Shown here: positions 1 through 7,461 of the stretch, piece by piece
Layout of the letters: the number at the start of each line of letters is the position of its first letter
How positions within the stretch are numbered: the stretch's first letter is position 1
From: Candidatus Moraniibacteriota bacterium
GTDB lineage: Bacteria; Patescibacteriota; Minisyncoccia; Moranbacterales; UBA9337
Assembly: GCA_036584565.1 (NCBI GenBank)
Contig: JAZHDF010000082.1
Coordinates: 1-44,858, forward strand
Reading direction: 5' to 3'
DNA length: 44,858 bases
Position numbers and translations under genes: made by a program
The notes under the pieces: model-generated
The model's input: the letters and a program-made list of their open reading frames with translations, nothing else
The model's database searches: none
Told to the model about the DNA's origin: nothing

Positions 1-1
1 A

Positions 2-54
2 GATTTAATTAGAATTTTACATAAATATTAATTAGTTTGATGGTCTAGAGCCTT
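2..54. repeat. Left arm of a perfect 53-bp inverted repeat that forms the window ends
   Basis: The reverse complement of 2-54 is identical to 44806-44858. The arm abuts the stop codon of the first gene. Confidence 0.9.
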
Positions 55-1184
55 TATAAATATTTTTTTAATACCACCATTCTACTTCCAACTTGTCTAT
101 TAATTGAAAAAACTTCCATAAAACTTTCTTGGCAATTTAAAGCCAAATCATATAGCTTATTCGTATCAGAATAAAATTTCATTATTTTATCAACTATTCT
201 CTCTGCATCAATAGGAATAATACAAATATCTTTCTTGTTGGTAAATTTTTGATTCATATTTAATTCATCTGAGCAGAAAACCGCTACTCCTGAAAGTCCT
301 GCCTCCACGCAACTTCCAGTTGGAAATCCATCGAAGCTTCCAGGCATTAAAACATAAGGACGATTAGGAGAAAGAATTATATCCATTTTTGAATAAAACT
401 CGGGGAAAAATTCCCTATATTTTAAACCGTAAAACTTTATTCTACCGGTTAGCTCATCAGCGGGAATATCAGACTCATCATATGCCCCCACAACATGAAA
501 ATTTATATTTTTTGCTTTTTTAACTAAAATCTTTGCAACATCTATAAATATATCATAGCCCTTATCCAAACCTCTATCCATATATTTATTAGCTACAAAA
601 CAAATATCCAAAGTGTCCTTCTCTTTTTTATAATATTTTTTTGACACACTATTGCTCTCATAATAATCCGAAGGCAAAACTCCGCCATATATAAATTCTA
701 TCTTATCACCTGAACAAAACTTATTTTTAATCAAATAATCAAAAGAGTTTTTTTGTGTTACAATTATTTTTTTTAAATATTTTGAAGCACAAACTTTCCT
801 CAATTTATCATCACTCTCTTTTTGATCTATCCAAAACCCTCCTCCGGGATATAAAGTAAAAACAAAGGGAATCTTATTTTTCTCAAATATATCTAAAAAA
901 TTATACGCATTATTTAAAAAAATTGTATAGAAAAGAGATGCTGAATATTTTCTAGAGTAATCAAATTTTTTAACCCTATCTTTAAAATTAGAAAAAGTTG
1001 CATCGTACTCTAATTTATATTTATCAAAATCAGTTGCCGTAGAATATATTTCAACATTCTTAAGATTATCCAAATAATAGTTAAATTCAGCTATTCTAAA
1101 GCCGCTCAAAAGATAAGGAAAAAGATCATCTAATATTATTAGTTTATTAGATTTAAAAAAATTATTCAAAAAATTCATATACAA
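54..1184 (-). CDS. Glycosyltransferase, GT-B/GT1(GT4)-like
   Basis: 376-aa ORF. The C-terminal half has a GT1-like pattern (GFPTGSCVEAGLSGVAVFCSD). It lies directly downstream of the polysaccharide-export ABC ATPase. The ATG at 1178 is a likelier start than the TTG at 1184. Confidence 0.55.
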   Translation of the reverse strand: MYMNFLNNFFKSNKLIILDDLFPYLLSGFRIAEFNYYLDNLKNVEIYSTATDFDKYKLEYDATFSNFKDRVKKFDYSRKYSASLFYTIFLNNAYNFLDIFEKNKIPFVFTLYPGGGFWIDQKESDDKLRKVCASKYLKKIIVTQKNSFDYLIKNKFCSGDKIEFIYGGVLPSDYYESNSVSKKYYKKEKDTLDICFVANKYMDRGLDKGYDIFIDVAKILVKKAKNINFHVVGAYDESDIPADELTGRIKFYGLKYREFFPEFYSKMDIILSPNRPYVLMPGSFDGFPTGSCVEAGLSGVAVFCSDELNMNQKFTNKKDICIIPIDAERIVDKIMKFYSDTNKLYDLALNCQESFMEVFSINRQVGSRMVVLKKYL

Positions 1185-1192
1185 TATTTAAG

Positions 1193-2476
1193 CTATTTCC
1201 ACTCGTAATCAAGAGAAATTATACCCTCCTTTAATTCAGAGGAGATTATTTTAAACAGTTTTGATTTATCTATAAATGCATACAATGATGCTGAAGAAAA
1301 ATTTTCTCCAACTACACTGGCCTTTATATAATAAGTGCCACTTAAAAGAGAAAGATTTTTTAAATCAACTTGAAAATATCCGTTTTTTAAGTTATTCTCA
1401 GTGTCAAAATTATCTGCAATTGTGCTTATACCAAAAAGATAAATATTCTGTAAATTATATAATCCAAATCCAAAATTTATTTTTTTTATTTTTTTATCTA
1501 ATAAGTTAAAATATATTTTTACTGAAACGCAATCCTTAGTTTCAAAAACATTTTTTGATTTTCCTTCTTCATTTAAAAATTCTACTCTGGTTATTTCGGC
1601 AATTTTTTGAGGATTAATTTCATCTTTTTCAACTATATCAACTTTCACACTATCAGCGCTGGAAAGTCTCAACTCCTCATCCTTTATATTCCCTTGTATG
1701 TATTCATTAGCTACCTCATCTGCTTTGCCGATTTTTATAATTTTCCCATTTCGAAGCAATAATGCCCGATCACAATACCTCTCTACTACAGAGATATCAT
1801 GAGTAACAATTATTACTGTCCGGCCCATATCCCGATATTTGTTGAATTCTTCGAGGCATTTGGATTGGAAATTACTGTCTCCCACGGCGAGGACTTCGTC
1901 CATCAGGAGGATGTCCCGATTGGCATGGATTGAGACTGAGAAAGCCAAGCGAACTTGCATTCCGGAGGAGTAATTTTTGAGCTTTTGGTCAATAAACCGC
2001 TCCAACTCCGAGAATTTGACGATGTCATCGAATTTTTTGTCAATTTGTTTCTTGGTCATTCCCAGGACTGTGGCATTGAGATAAATATTGTCCCGCCCGG
2101 AGAGTTCGGGATTAAACCCGATGCCTAGCTCGAGAAAGGGCGAAATCATTCCATGCACTTTAACCTTACCTTTGTCGGCTTGATAAATCCCGGCCAGAAT
2201 CTTGAGCAGGGTGGATTTGCCCGAGCCGTTTCGTCCGATCACGCCGAAAAATTCTCCCTTTTTCACCTCAAAAGAGACATCCTCCAGAGCCTTGAATTCC
2301 TCATAAGAAGAACCCCCTCCCTGCCCTCCCCCTAAAATGGGGAGGTGCACGGATGATAAACCGCTCACCACCGCCCCGCGCAAACTGGTGATTTTTTCAT
2401 GCGGAATCCGAAAGGTCTTGCTGACATGATCAACTTTTATAGCGATATCTTTGTTTTTATTTAAATCCTTTTTCAT
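1193..2476 (-). CDS. Polysaccharide/teichoic-acid export ABC transporter ATP-binding protein (Wzt/TagH-like) with a C-terminal Wzt-type binding domain
   Basis: Walker A GRNGSGKST, signature YSSGMQVRLAF and Walker B ILLMDEVLAVGD. A C-terminal extension of about 150 aa is typical of Wzt. There is an unusual GGGQGGG insert before Walker A. Confidence 0.9.
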   Translation of the reverse strand: MKKDLNKNKDIAIKVDHVSKTFRIPHEKITSLRGAVVSGLSSVHLPILGGGQGGGSSYEEFKALEDVSFEVKKGEFFGVIGRNGSGKSTLLKILAGIYQADKGKVKVHGMISPFLELGIGFNPELSGRDNIYLNATVLGMTKKQIDKKFDDIVKFSELERFIDQKLKNYSSGMQVRLAFSVSIHANRDILLMDEVLAVGDSNFQSKCLEEFNKYRDMGRTVIIVTHDISVVERYCDRALLLRNGKIIKIGKADEVANEYIQGNIKDEELRLSSADSVKVDIVEKDEINPQKIAEITRVEFLNEEGKSKNVFETKDCVSVKIYFNLLDKKIKKINFGFGLYNLQNIYLFGISTIADNFDTENNLKNGYFQVDLKNLSLLSGTYYIKASVVGENFSSASLYAFIDKSKLFKIISSELKEGIISLDYEWK

Positions 2477-2483
2477 TTGACAA
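2290..2483. repeat. Copy 1 of a perfect 194-bp direct repeat (wzt codons 1-62 plus 7 bp upstream)
   Basis: Identical by eye, base for base, to 3923-4116 (offset 1633). Weaker similarity continues for about 25 bp further. Confidence 0.9.
2313..2332 (-). other. G-quadruplex-type motif GGGGGAGGGCAGGGAGGGGG on the coding strand (second copy at 3946-3965)
   Basis: Four G-tracts of at least 3 with 1-2 nt loops, in an otherwise AT-rich genome. It encodes GGGQGGG. Confidence 0.5.
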
Positions 2484-2504
2484 ATTTTATTTTAGGTGTA
2501 TAAT
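2477..2504 (+). promoter_or_regulatory. Consensus sigma70-type promoter on the plus strand (TTGACA-N16-TATAAT)
   Basis: TTGACA at 2477-2482 and TATAAT at 2499-2504. It diverges from the wzt start codon. The same consensus type is used by the hrcA, rpoB and xre promoters on the minus strand. Confidence 0.4.
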
Positions 2505-2510
2505 ATAATT

Positions 2511-2594
2511 AAAGTTAGCTGAACACCGACCGTATGGCGGGTCTCCTCTTTTGGAGGATAGGCTCTTCCCCCTATAAACGGGGGTTTTATTTTT
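2511..2594 (+). ncRNA. Candidate small RNA of about 85 nt, ending in a plus-strand intrinsic terminator
   Basis: It lies downstream of the 2477-2504 promoter. Internal hairpin TCCTC/GAGGA. The terminator is CCCCC-tataaac-GGGGG (2568-2584) followed by TTTTATTTTT, and the U-tract is present only in plus orientation. Confidence 0.25.
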
Positions 2595-3170
2595 CACAAG
2601 CTTTTTACTATTCCATTTTTCATAAGCTCATTTAGAATTTCCAACGCCCATTTATTTTCAGCCTCAGCATCCCTAATCAAGCCGCAAACAGCATCAACCA
2701 ATCTTATAAAAGCATTATTTTCATCTTTTTTTATGCCCCTTATTTTCTTAGTTTTTATTCTCAATTCTCTGATTCCCCGAGTAAAAATTTCAATTTCTTT
2801 TTTCTTAAATCCATCTACAAAAATAGTTGCTTTGTAATTTTCGTTATTGCTAACCTTTTTTAATATAGCTCTAGCTGTCGCATATGATGTTAGATTTATG
2901 TATTTTTCTTTATCTCTAAATTTATCAAAAAATATTCCACCTTTTAACTCTTTAATTTTAGAAATACTTTCAATATATGACTTTCTATATTGAAATTTAG
3001 ATTTATTCCATTTTGCACTCTTTTTTCCACTTTCTTTTTCAATTAATTCTAATCTTTCTAAAATATTCTCTCTCCCTTTTTTTAAAAATTAAAACACTCA
3101 CCACAAAGATTATCCCTTCCGTATCCTGACCAGATTCATCAACGTAAGCATAAATTTTTTTATTTTTAAT
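2594..3170 (-). pseudogene. DUF3800-like gene, frameshifted in an A7 run and lacking an ATG start
   Basis: The N-terminal frame reads (I)KNKKIYAYVDESGQDTEGIIFVVSVLIFKK. After the homopolymer at 3077-3083 the reading continues in another frame as GRENILERLELIEKES...NAFIRLVDAVCGLIRDA...KSL*. Removing one A joins the two frames. Confidence 0.55.
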
Positions 3171-3740
3171 GAATTACCCCGCAGCAAGCTGGCGGGGTAT
3201 CTGGTGCCTGCACTAGATACCTTCAAATAATCTTGCTTGCGTAGAGTAATGTTTTTTATAATTTCTTCCTTGATTTTTTACATAATTTTTTATCGTGTCT
3301 GCTCCTGCGTATAGTCCTACTGTGTTTATGTAATAACCGCTTGTCCAAAACTTTCCGCCCCAAAGCATCTTTTTTATTTCAGGATGGTATTTGAATAGTT
3401 CTCTGGCAGTAATACTTTTTATTATTTGAACTATGTTTTTAGGTGCCATCGTTGGAATACTTTGGACTAGAAAATGCACATGATCGCTATCGTCTCCAAT
3501 TTCCATAAAATGAATTTCGAATCTTTCTCCAATTTCTATGCAGACACTTTTCAATGTTTCAGCCACTCTTTCATTAATTACTTTTCTTCGGTAGCCTACG
3601 GGACAAACAATGTGATATATCAATGCACTTTTGTTGTGTGATCTTCTTATGTGTTTATCTTTATCTATTTCCATTACTACAGTATAACATATCACTGGAT
3701 TATATATGTGTCCCCGCAGCAAGCTGACGGGGAATATTTA
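3170..3740 (-). mobile_element. IS200/IS605-family element (tnpA only)
   Basis: A Y1 transposase ORF is flanked by two same-orientation imperfect hairpins sharing CCCCGCAGCAAGCTG (3177-3197 and 3711-3733). Exact ends were not determined. Confidence 0.7.
3213..3674 (-). CDS. tnpA: IS200/IS605 family Y1 (HUH) transposase TnpA
   Basis: HUH motif HVHFLV, and a typical IS200 N-terminus (ALIYHIVCPVGYRRKV) and C-terminus (WTSGYYINTVG). ATG at 3674; the track ORF starts at a TTG at 3722. Confidence 0.85.
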   Translation of the reverse strand: MEIDKDKHIRRSHNKSALIYHIVCPVGYRRKVINERVAETLKSVCIEIGERFEIHFMEIGDDSDHVHFLVQSIPTMAPKNIVQIIKSITARELFKYHPEIKKMLWGGKFWTSGYYINTVGLYAGADTIKNYVKNQGRNYKKHYSTQARLFEGI

Positions 3741-4109
3741 TGATTCAATATTTTTTTCATATCCCACAAGAACAAAAATAAACCCCACCGTGCCCCTAAA
3801 AGGAGTCAGCGCGGGTGGTTTTAATACTCTAATATTATCATATATTTTTTTACTTATCAACCCCGTAAATTTCTCAAAGAACCCATCATCCAGCGCCCCG
3901 ATCACACTTACGACGGGATAAACCTTGAATTCCTCATAAGAAGAACCCCCTCCCTGCCCTCCCCCTAAAATGGGGAGGTGCACGGATGATAAACCGCTCA
4001 CCACCGCCCCGCGCAAACTGGTGATTTTTTCATGCGGAATCCGAAAGGTCTTGCTGACATGATCAACTTTTATAGCGATATCTTTGTTTTTATTTAAATC
4101 CTTTTTCAT
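3738..4109 (-). pseudogene. Chimeric ORF: duplicated first 62 codons of wzt fused to unrelated sequence
   Basis: The N-terminal 62 aa are identical to ORF 1193-2476. There are no Walker motifs. It diverges exactly at the repeat boundary (3923). Confidence 0.75.
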
Positions 4110-4116
4110 TTGACAA
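3923..4116. repeat. Copy 2 of the perfect 194-bp direct repeat
   Basis: Identical to 2290-2483. Confidence 0.9.
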
Positions 4117-4138
4117 GTTTTTAAAAAGAGTGTACAAT
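4110..4138 (+). promoter_or_regulatory. Second plus-strand consensus promoter (TTGACA-N17-TACAAT)
   Basis: The -35 lies inside the duplicated segment and the -10 lies in a diverged flank at the correct spacing. Confidence 0.3.
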
Positions 4139-4149
4139 GTAAATAGAAT

Positions 4150-4200
4150 AAATCTCGGCCAGAAGTTTATACACTTCACATCGTTAGGCGGAGATTTTTT
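4150..4200. terminator. Bidirectional hairpin terminator
   Basis: AAATCTCGGCC...GGCGGAGATTT stem with an inner GAAGT/ACTTC hairpin. T7 follows on the plus strand and a T-rich run follows on the minus strand. It lies just downstream of the stop of ORF 4203-4601. Confidence 0.5.
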
Positions 4201-4202
4201 TA

Positions 4203-4601
4203 TTATCCTGGAGGAAAACACGACATAAAATATTTTTCACCTTTTTTGTTCTCTTTTATCTGAACATAAAATAATTCTCTCTCTTTGGTCATACCGGCAA
4301 ATCTATAAAATACTTCTTTTCCGTTCTCCTTTATTATAGGTTTATTTTTTGAATATTTTATCAATTCGATCGCGGCTTTAAAATATTTAAGCCTTTTCAT
4401 TCTTTCTCTGGGAGACTTTTGAAAGATATGTTTTTTAAAATAATCAAAAAATACTTTTTCTTTTTTAAAATAGGCAGACCTTAAATAAGTTTTTCTTTTA
4501 GTTTTTTTCTCTATTTCATTATACAGGCGAAATGCATTTTTTAACACCTCTCCGTAACTACTACCGGAAATTTTCTTGGATTTCGTCTGATAAGGTATCA
4601 T
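4203..4601 (-). CDS. Uncharacterised small protein, 'HIF-motif' family (paralogue of ORF 42298-42756)
   Basis: 132 aa. It shares collinear motifs with the 152-aa ORF at 42298-42756: HIF, R-x-R-x-KR-[LM]-x-[YF]-[FI]-K, F-x-x-F, [FV][YV][VY]-x-[IR], G-x-K-x-x-M-x-x-F. Confidence 0.5.
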   Translation of the reverse strand: MIPYQTKSKKISGSSYGEVLKNAFRLYNEIEKKTKRKTYLRSAYFKKEKVFFDYFKKHIFQKSPRERMKRLKYFKAAIELIKYSKNKPIIKENGKEVFYRFAGMTKERELFYVQIKENKKGEKYFMSCFPPG

Positions 4602-4718
4602 AATTTTTATCTAATTTACTTCTCCATCAAAAAAGGATATAATACTCTTGTGGTTGATATTATTCATTTCAGCTATTAAAACAAGCGTCGCTCGTTGTGG
4701 GCCATGGCTTGTTTTTTA

Positions 4719-4982
4719 ATTAAGCGCATTGATGCTTTTTGACCTTGGATTTATTGCAATCAAATATGGTTGCCCTTATTTTACATTCGCCCCTTTTAAT
4801 TCTTCTCTATAATTAAATCTCTACCTTGTCTTTCTTATTTCATTATACATCTTTTCGGGTCTATTGATTTTTATAATTCCTATGGCAAAAAATCTATCTC
4901 TTTGACTGTTAATAAGCCCCGTTTCATCCATAAAGCAGAAAGAGCTTCTTATCTTTTTAAATTGATTTTTATCTTTTTCCAT
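4719..4982 (-). pseudogene. DUF3800 relic with in-frame stops and a deleted C-terminus
   Basis: MEKDKNQFKKIRSSFCFMDETGLINSQRDRFFAIGIIKINRPEKMYNEIRKTR*RFNYREELKGANVK*GQPYL... This is collinear with the intact DUF3800 ORF 42725-43636 (YCDES..., NEIREIF..FKYELKWSKV). Confidence 0.6.
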
Positions 4983-5005
4983 TTTTATATTATACACCCA
5001 TAGGG

Positions 5006-6277
5006 CTAGTTAAAAAAGTTTTTTAAATCAACCAAGAGAAATTTACTGAGAGGTAAAAATATAATATTAATACCATCATTCTCTTGTCGTGACTCCAGAC
5101 TTCGCGTTATCACAAACACTTGATTAGTTTTGAGCTCTATCGCAACATTTCTAATTGTGTCCAGCGCTCCCTTATTGAGTTCATCAAATTTATCAATATA
5201 TTTAGATTCCACCAATACTATATCTTTTTTTTCATTAATAAACACAAAGTCGATTTCTCGTTGATTTTCATAATAAAAATTTACTTTAAAATTTGTACTT
5301 AAAAATTTATACAGAATATTTTCCGCCGCACTTCCCAGATTAAATTTGCCTGATAAATTATGTAACATCCCGGTATCATGCAAATAGAATTTTTTAGCCG
5401 AATATATTTTTTTACTGCGTGAAGTTGAAAATCGCTCTATTTCTTCGACAATAAATGTTTGCTTCAGAAAATTTACATACTCCTTTGCCGTGTCTACTGT
5501 TATTCCAAGAATTTTTCCCAATTTCGTAAAACTTGTCTGGTGTCCGTTTCTGTCAGAAAGAAGCAATAATAAATCACGAATAATATCCGGATTTTTAATG
5601 CCGTGCATATACACGATATCTTTAAAAATAATCGCTTCCAGCAAATCCGTAAAGTAACTGCTATCCTCTTGCAAAATATATTCCGGATATCCGCCCAGTC
5701 TTATGTATTCCTCCAGATATGCGGTATATTTATACCCCTCTGCACTGGAAATATCCACATTCTTAAATTGCAAAAATTCTTCAAAACTCAATGGATCGAT
5801 TTTAAATTTTTCATATCTTCCCGTTAAAAATGGGGTTTTCTGAAAAAGTTCCGTACTGGCGGATCCGGATAAAAAAATCTTGACATTCTCCAAGTCCAAA
5901 AGAGACTTCACTTCCTGCTCCCAATCCTTTAAATATTGAACTTCATCAAAAAACAGAAATATTTTTTCATCCCTATCAAGCAGATGTATCTCCCTAAATT
6001 CATTAACCATTTCCAAAATAGAAACTTTTGCGAGACGAGGATGATCAAGAAGCGCATATAAAATATTTTTTGGCGCTATTTTATCCTCCTTAATCAAATA
6101 TTGAATTAATTGTTTCAACAGAGTTGTCTTTCCCACCCTGCGCGATCCCGTAATTAAAACAGCCCGCTTGTGCTTGAGCGATCTTATAAGTTTGGGTAAA
6201 TATTTCTGTCGATAAATCCCGGAATCAAATTCTTTCTTTTCCCACCAAGGATTAGTAACGAATAATATTTCTTTCAT
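5006..6277 (-). CDS. AAA+ ATPase, COG1373/DUF4143-type
   Basis: 423 aa. Walker A GSRRVGKTT and Walker B FLFFDEVQ, with the N-terminal NPWW motif typical of this orphan ATPase family. Confidence 0.8.
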   Translation of the reverse strand: MKEILFVTNPWWEKKEFDSGIYRQKYLPKLIRSLKHKRAVLITGSRRVGKTTLLKQLIQYLIKEDKIAPKNILYALLDHPRLAKVSILEMVNEFREIHLLDRDEKIFLFFDEVQYLKDWEQEVKSLLDLENVKIFLSGSASTELFQKTPFLTGRYEKFKIDPLSFEEFLQFKNVDISSAEGYKYTAYLEEYIRLGGYPEYILQEDSSYFTDLLEAIIFKDIVYMHGIKNPDIIRDLLLLLSDRNGHQTSFTKLGKILGITVDTAKEYVNFLKQTFIVEEIERFSTSRSKKIYSAKKFYLHDTGMLHNLSGKFNLGSAAENILYKFLSTNFKVNFYYENQREIDFVFINEKKDIVLVESKYIDKFDELNKGALDTIRNVAIELKTNQVFVITRSLESRQENDGINIIFLPLSKFLLVDLKNFFN

Positions 6278-6314
6278 ATAAAACAGTCTACTATGAATTT
6301 ATTCTTTTGTCAAT

Positions 6315-6339
6315 AACTATCGATTAGCAATCGATAGTT
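6315..6339. promoter_or_regulatory. 11-bp-arm perfect inverted repeat AACTATCGATT-agc-AATCGATAGTT upstream of the AAA ATPase
   Basis: Seen directly, 38 nt upstream of the ATG at 6277. Confidence 0.3.
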
Positions 6340-6684
6340 TATTGTGCCAATAATACCGAAAACTCCCCTTTTTGACCTTTTTGAACTCAATTGCTTAAAC
6401 TTCACTAATAACGTCAAAACCCTTAAAGCTTCCGGTAATCGAAAGACCGATTACTTTCTTCGCAATGCCCTTTCTCTTTAATAGAAAGTTCATAATTCAT
6501 ACTTAACTATGAACTATTATAAAATAAATACTATAATTATCAAATCAAGCAAAACCATTTAAAAAGCTCTTTTTAAACAAAAACAAACTGGCCATTACAA
6601 AGGCTTTTTTCTTTACTAATTAATTTTATCACCCCAAAAGCCAAAACGCAACTCAACCCCAATCGCCCCCATTCTTCCAACCCA

Positions 6685-6813
6685 AAACCAAAAGGTAATA
6701 CGAAACCACGGCCGTAAATAAATATTACCTTTTTATTTATTTCTTTTTTCTTATTTATTTGCATCTTTTTGCAAAGGTAATACGAGGCTACGGCCGTAAA
6801 TAAACGTTACTTT
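6685..6813. repeat. Copy 1 of a ~130-bp direct repeat with two ACGGCCGT-centred 34-nt motifs
   Basis: Near-identical to 7462-7601. The motifs GGTAATACGAAACCACGGCCGTAAATAAATATTACC and GTAATACGAGGCTACGGCCGTAAATAAACGTTAC have ACGGCCGT cores at 6708-6715 and 6789-6798. Confidence 0.85.
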
Positions 6814-6881
6814 TTTGGCTGCAACCCCGAAACTGAAAATATAATAAAATAAAAATGCCACTTAAGACTTGGTGGAAATTT

Positions 6882-7442
6882 TTAAAGATTTTTAAAGAAA
6901 TGTTTTTTGAGTGTTTTTTCATTATCAATCTCTGTGGCTGTAATTACCCGAACATAACGACTGGCGGAATATAAATCGATCAATTGAAGAATGGATTTTT
7001 CATAAGGATACGGGGAGACAAAAACGCTTTGTTGTATTTTAAAAAAATCAAGCTCGTACAGATGTTGACGCAAAATATCCCTGAAAATTCTATCTCTTTC
7101 GGGAATATCAAAAATCACAATTCTCCATTTCTTGTCCCATTTTTTGGGTTTTTTAAAATTTATCGCGCTTCCCATAATATTCAATTTCATCGCCTCCGCC
7201 TCACCCCTTTTGGTAAGGATTAACTTGAAAGATCCGTCGGGCATTTTCTTTTCCTCGATTAATTTTTCTCTGGCAAGCTGTCGGATTGAATAATTGAAAC
7301 TACGCCTATTTAAATTTTTCCATTCGCTTTTTATTTTTTTGAAAGTATTAAAATATTGTTTGGGAGAAGCGGAACAACCCAAAGCGACTCCGCCCAATAA
7401 AATAAGCATTATTTTTTCTTGATTTTTGCCAATTCTATACAT
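6882..7442 (-). CDS. PaaX-like regulator (N-terminal winged-helix-like region plus Cas2/PaaX-like domain)
   Basis: 186 aa. The signature KWDKKWRIVIFDIPERDRIFRDILRQHLYELDFFKIQQSVFVSPYP matches the PaaX-family pattern WDGxW-x-VxFxxPE...R..LR..L..GF..L..SVW. Confidence 0.55.
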   Translation of the reverse strand: MYRIGKNQEKIMLILLGGVALGCSASPKQYFNTFKKIKSEWKNLNRRSFNYSIRQLAREKLIEEKKMPDGSFKLILTKRGEAEAMKLNIMGSAINFKKPKKWDKKWRIVIFDIPERDRIFRDILRQHLYELDFFKIQQSVFVSPYPYEKSILQLIDLYSASRYVRVITATEIDNEKTLKKHFFKNL

Positions 7443-7461
7443 ATTTTTCTATAATTTTCAT

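Noticed and set aside
3738-4109. A second functional ABC ATPase paralogue
   Set aside because: Only the first 62 codons match wzt. Walker motifs are missing and the rest is unrelated sequence beginning at the repeat boundary.
4719-4982. In-frame TAG/TAA codons in the DUF3800 relic as evidence of stop-codon reassignment
   Set aside because: All confident genes in the window are uninterrupted under the standard code and end in TAA, TAG or TGA. The relic also lacks its C-terminal two thirds, so pseudogenisation is the simpler explanation.
6573-6764. 63-aa ORF starting in the repeat (MQINKKKEINKK...)
   Set aside because: Its first 26 codons are simply part of the duplicated DNA. The second copy terminates after 27 aa. 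There is no independent coding evidence, so it is mentioned only within the repeat finding.
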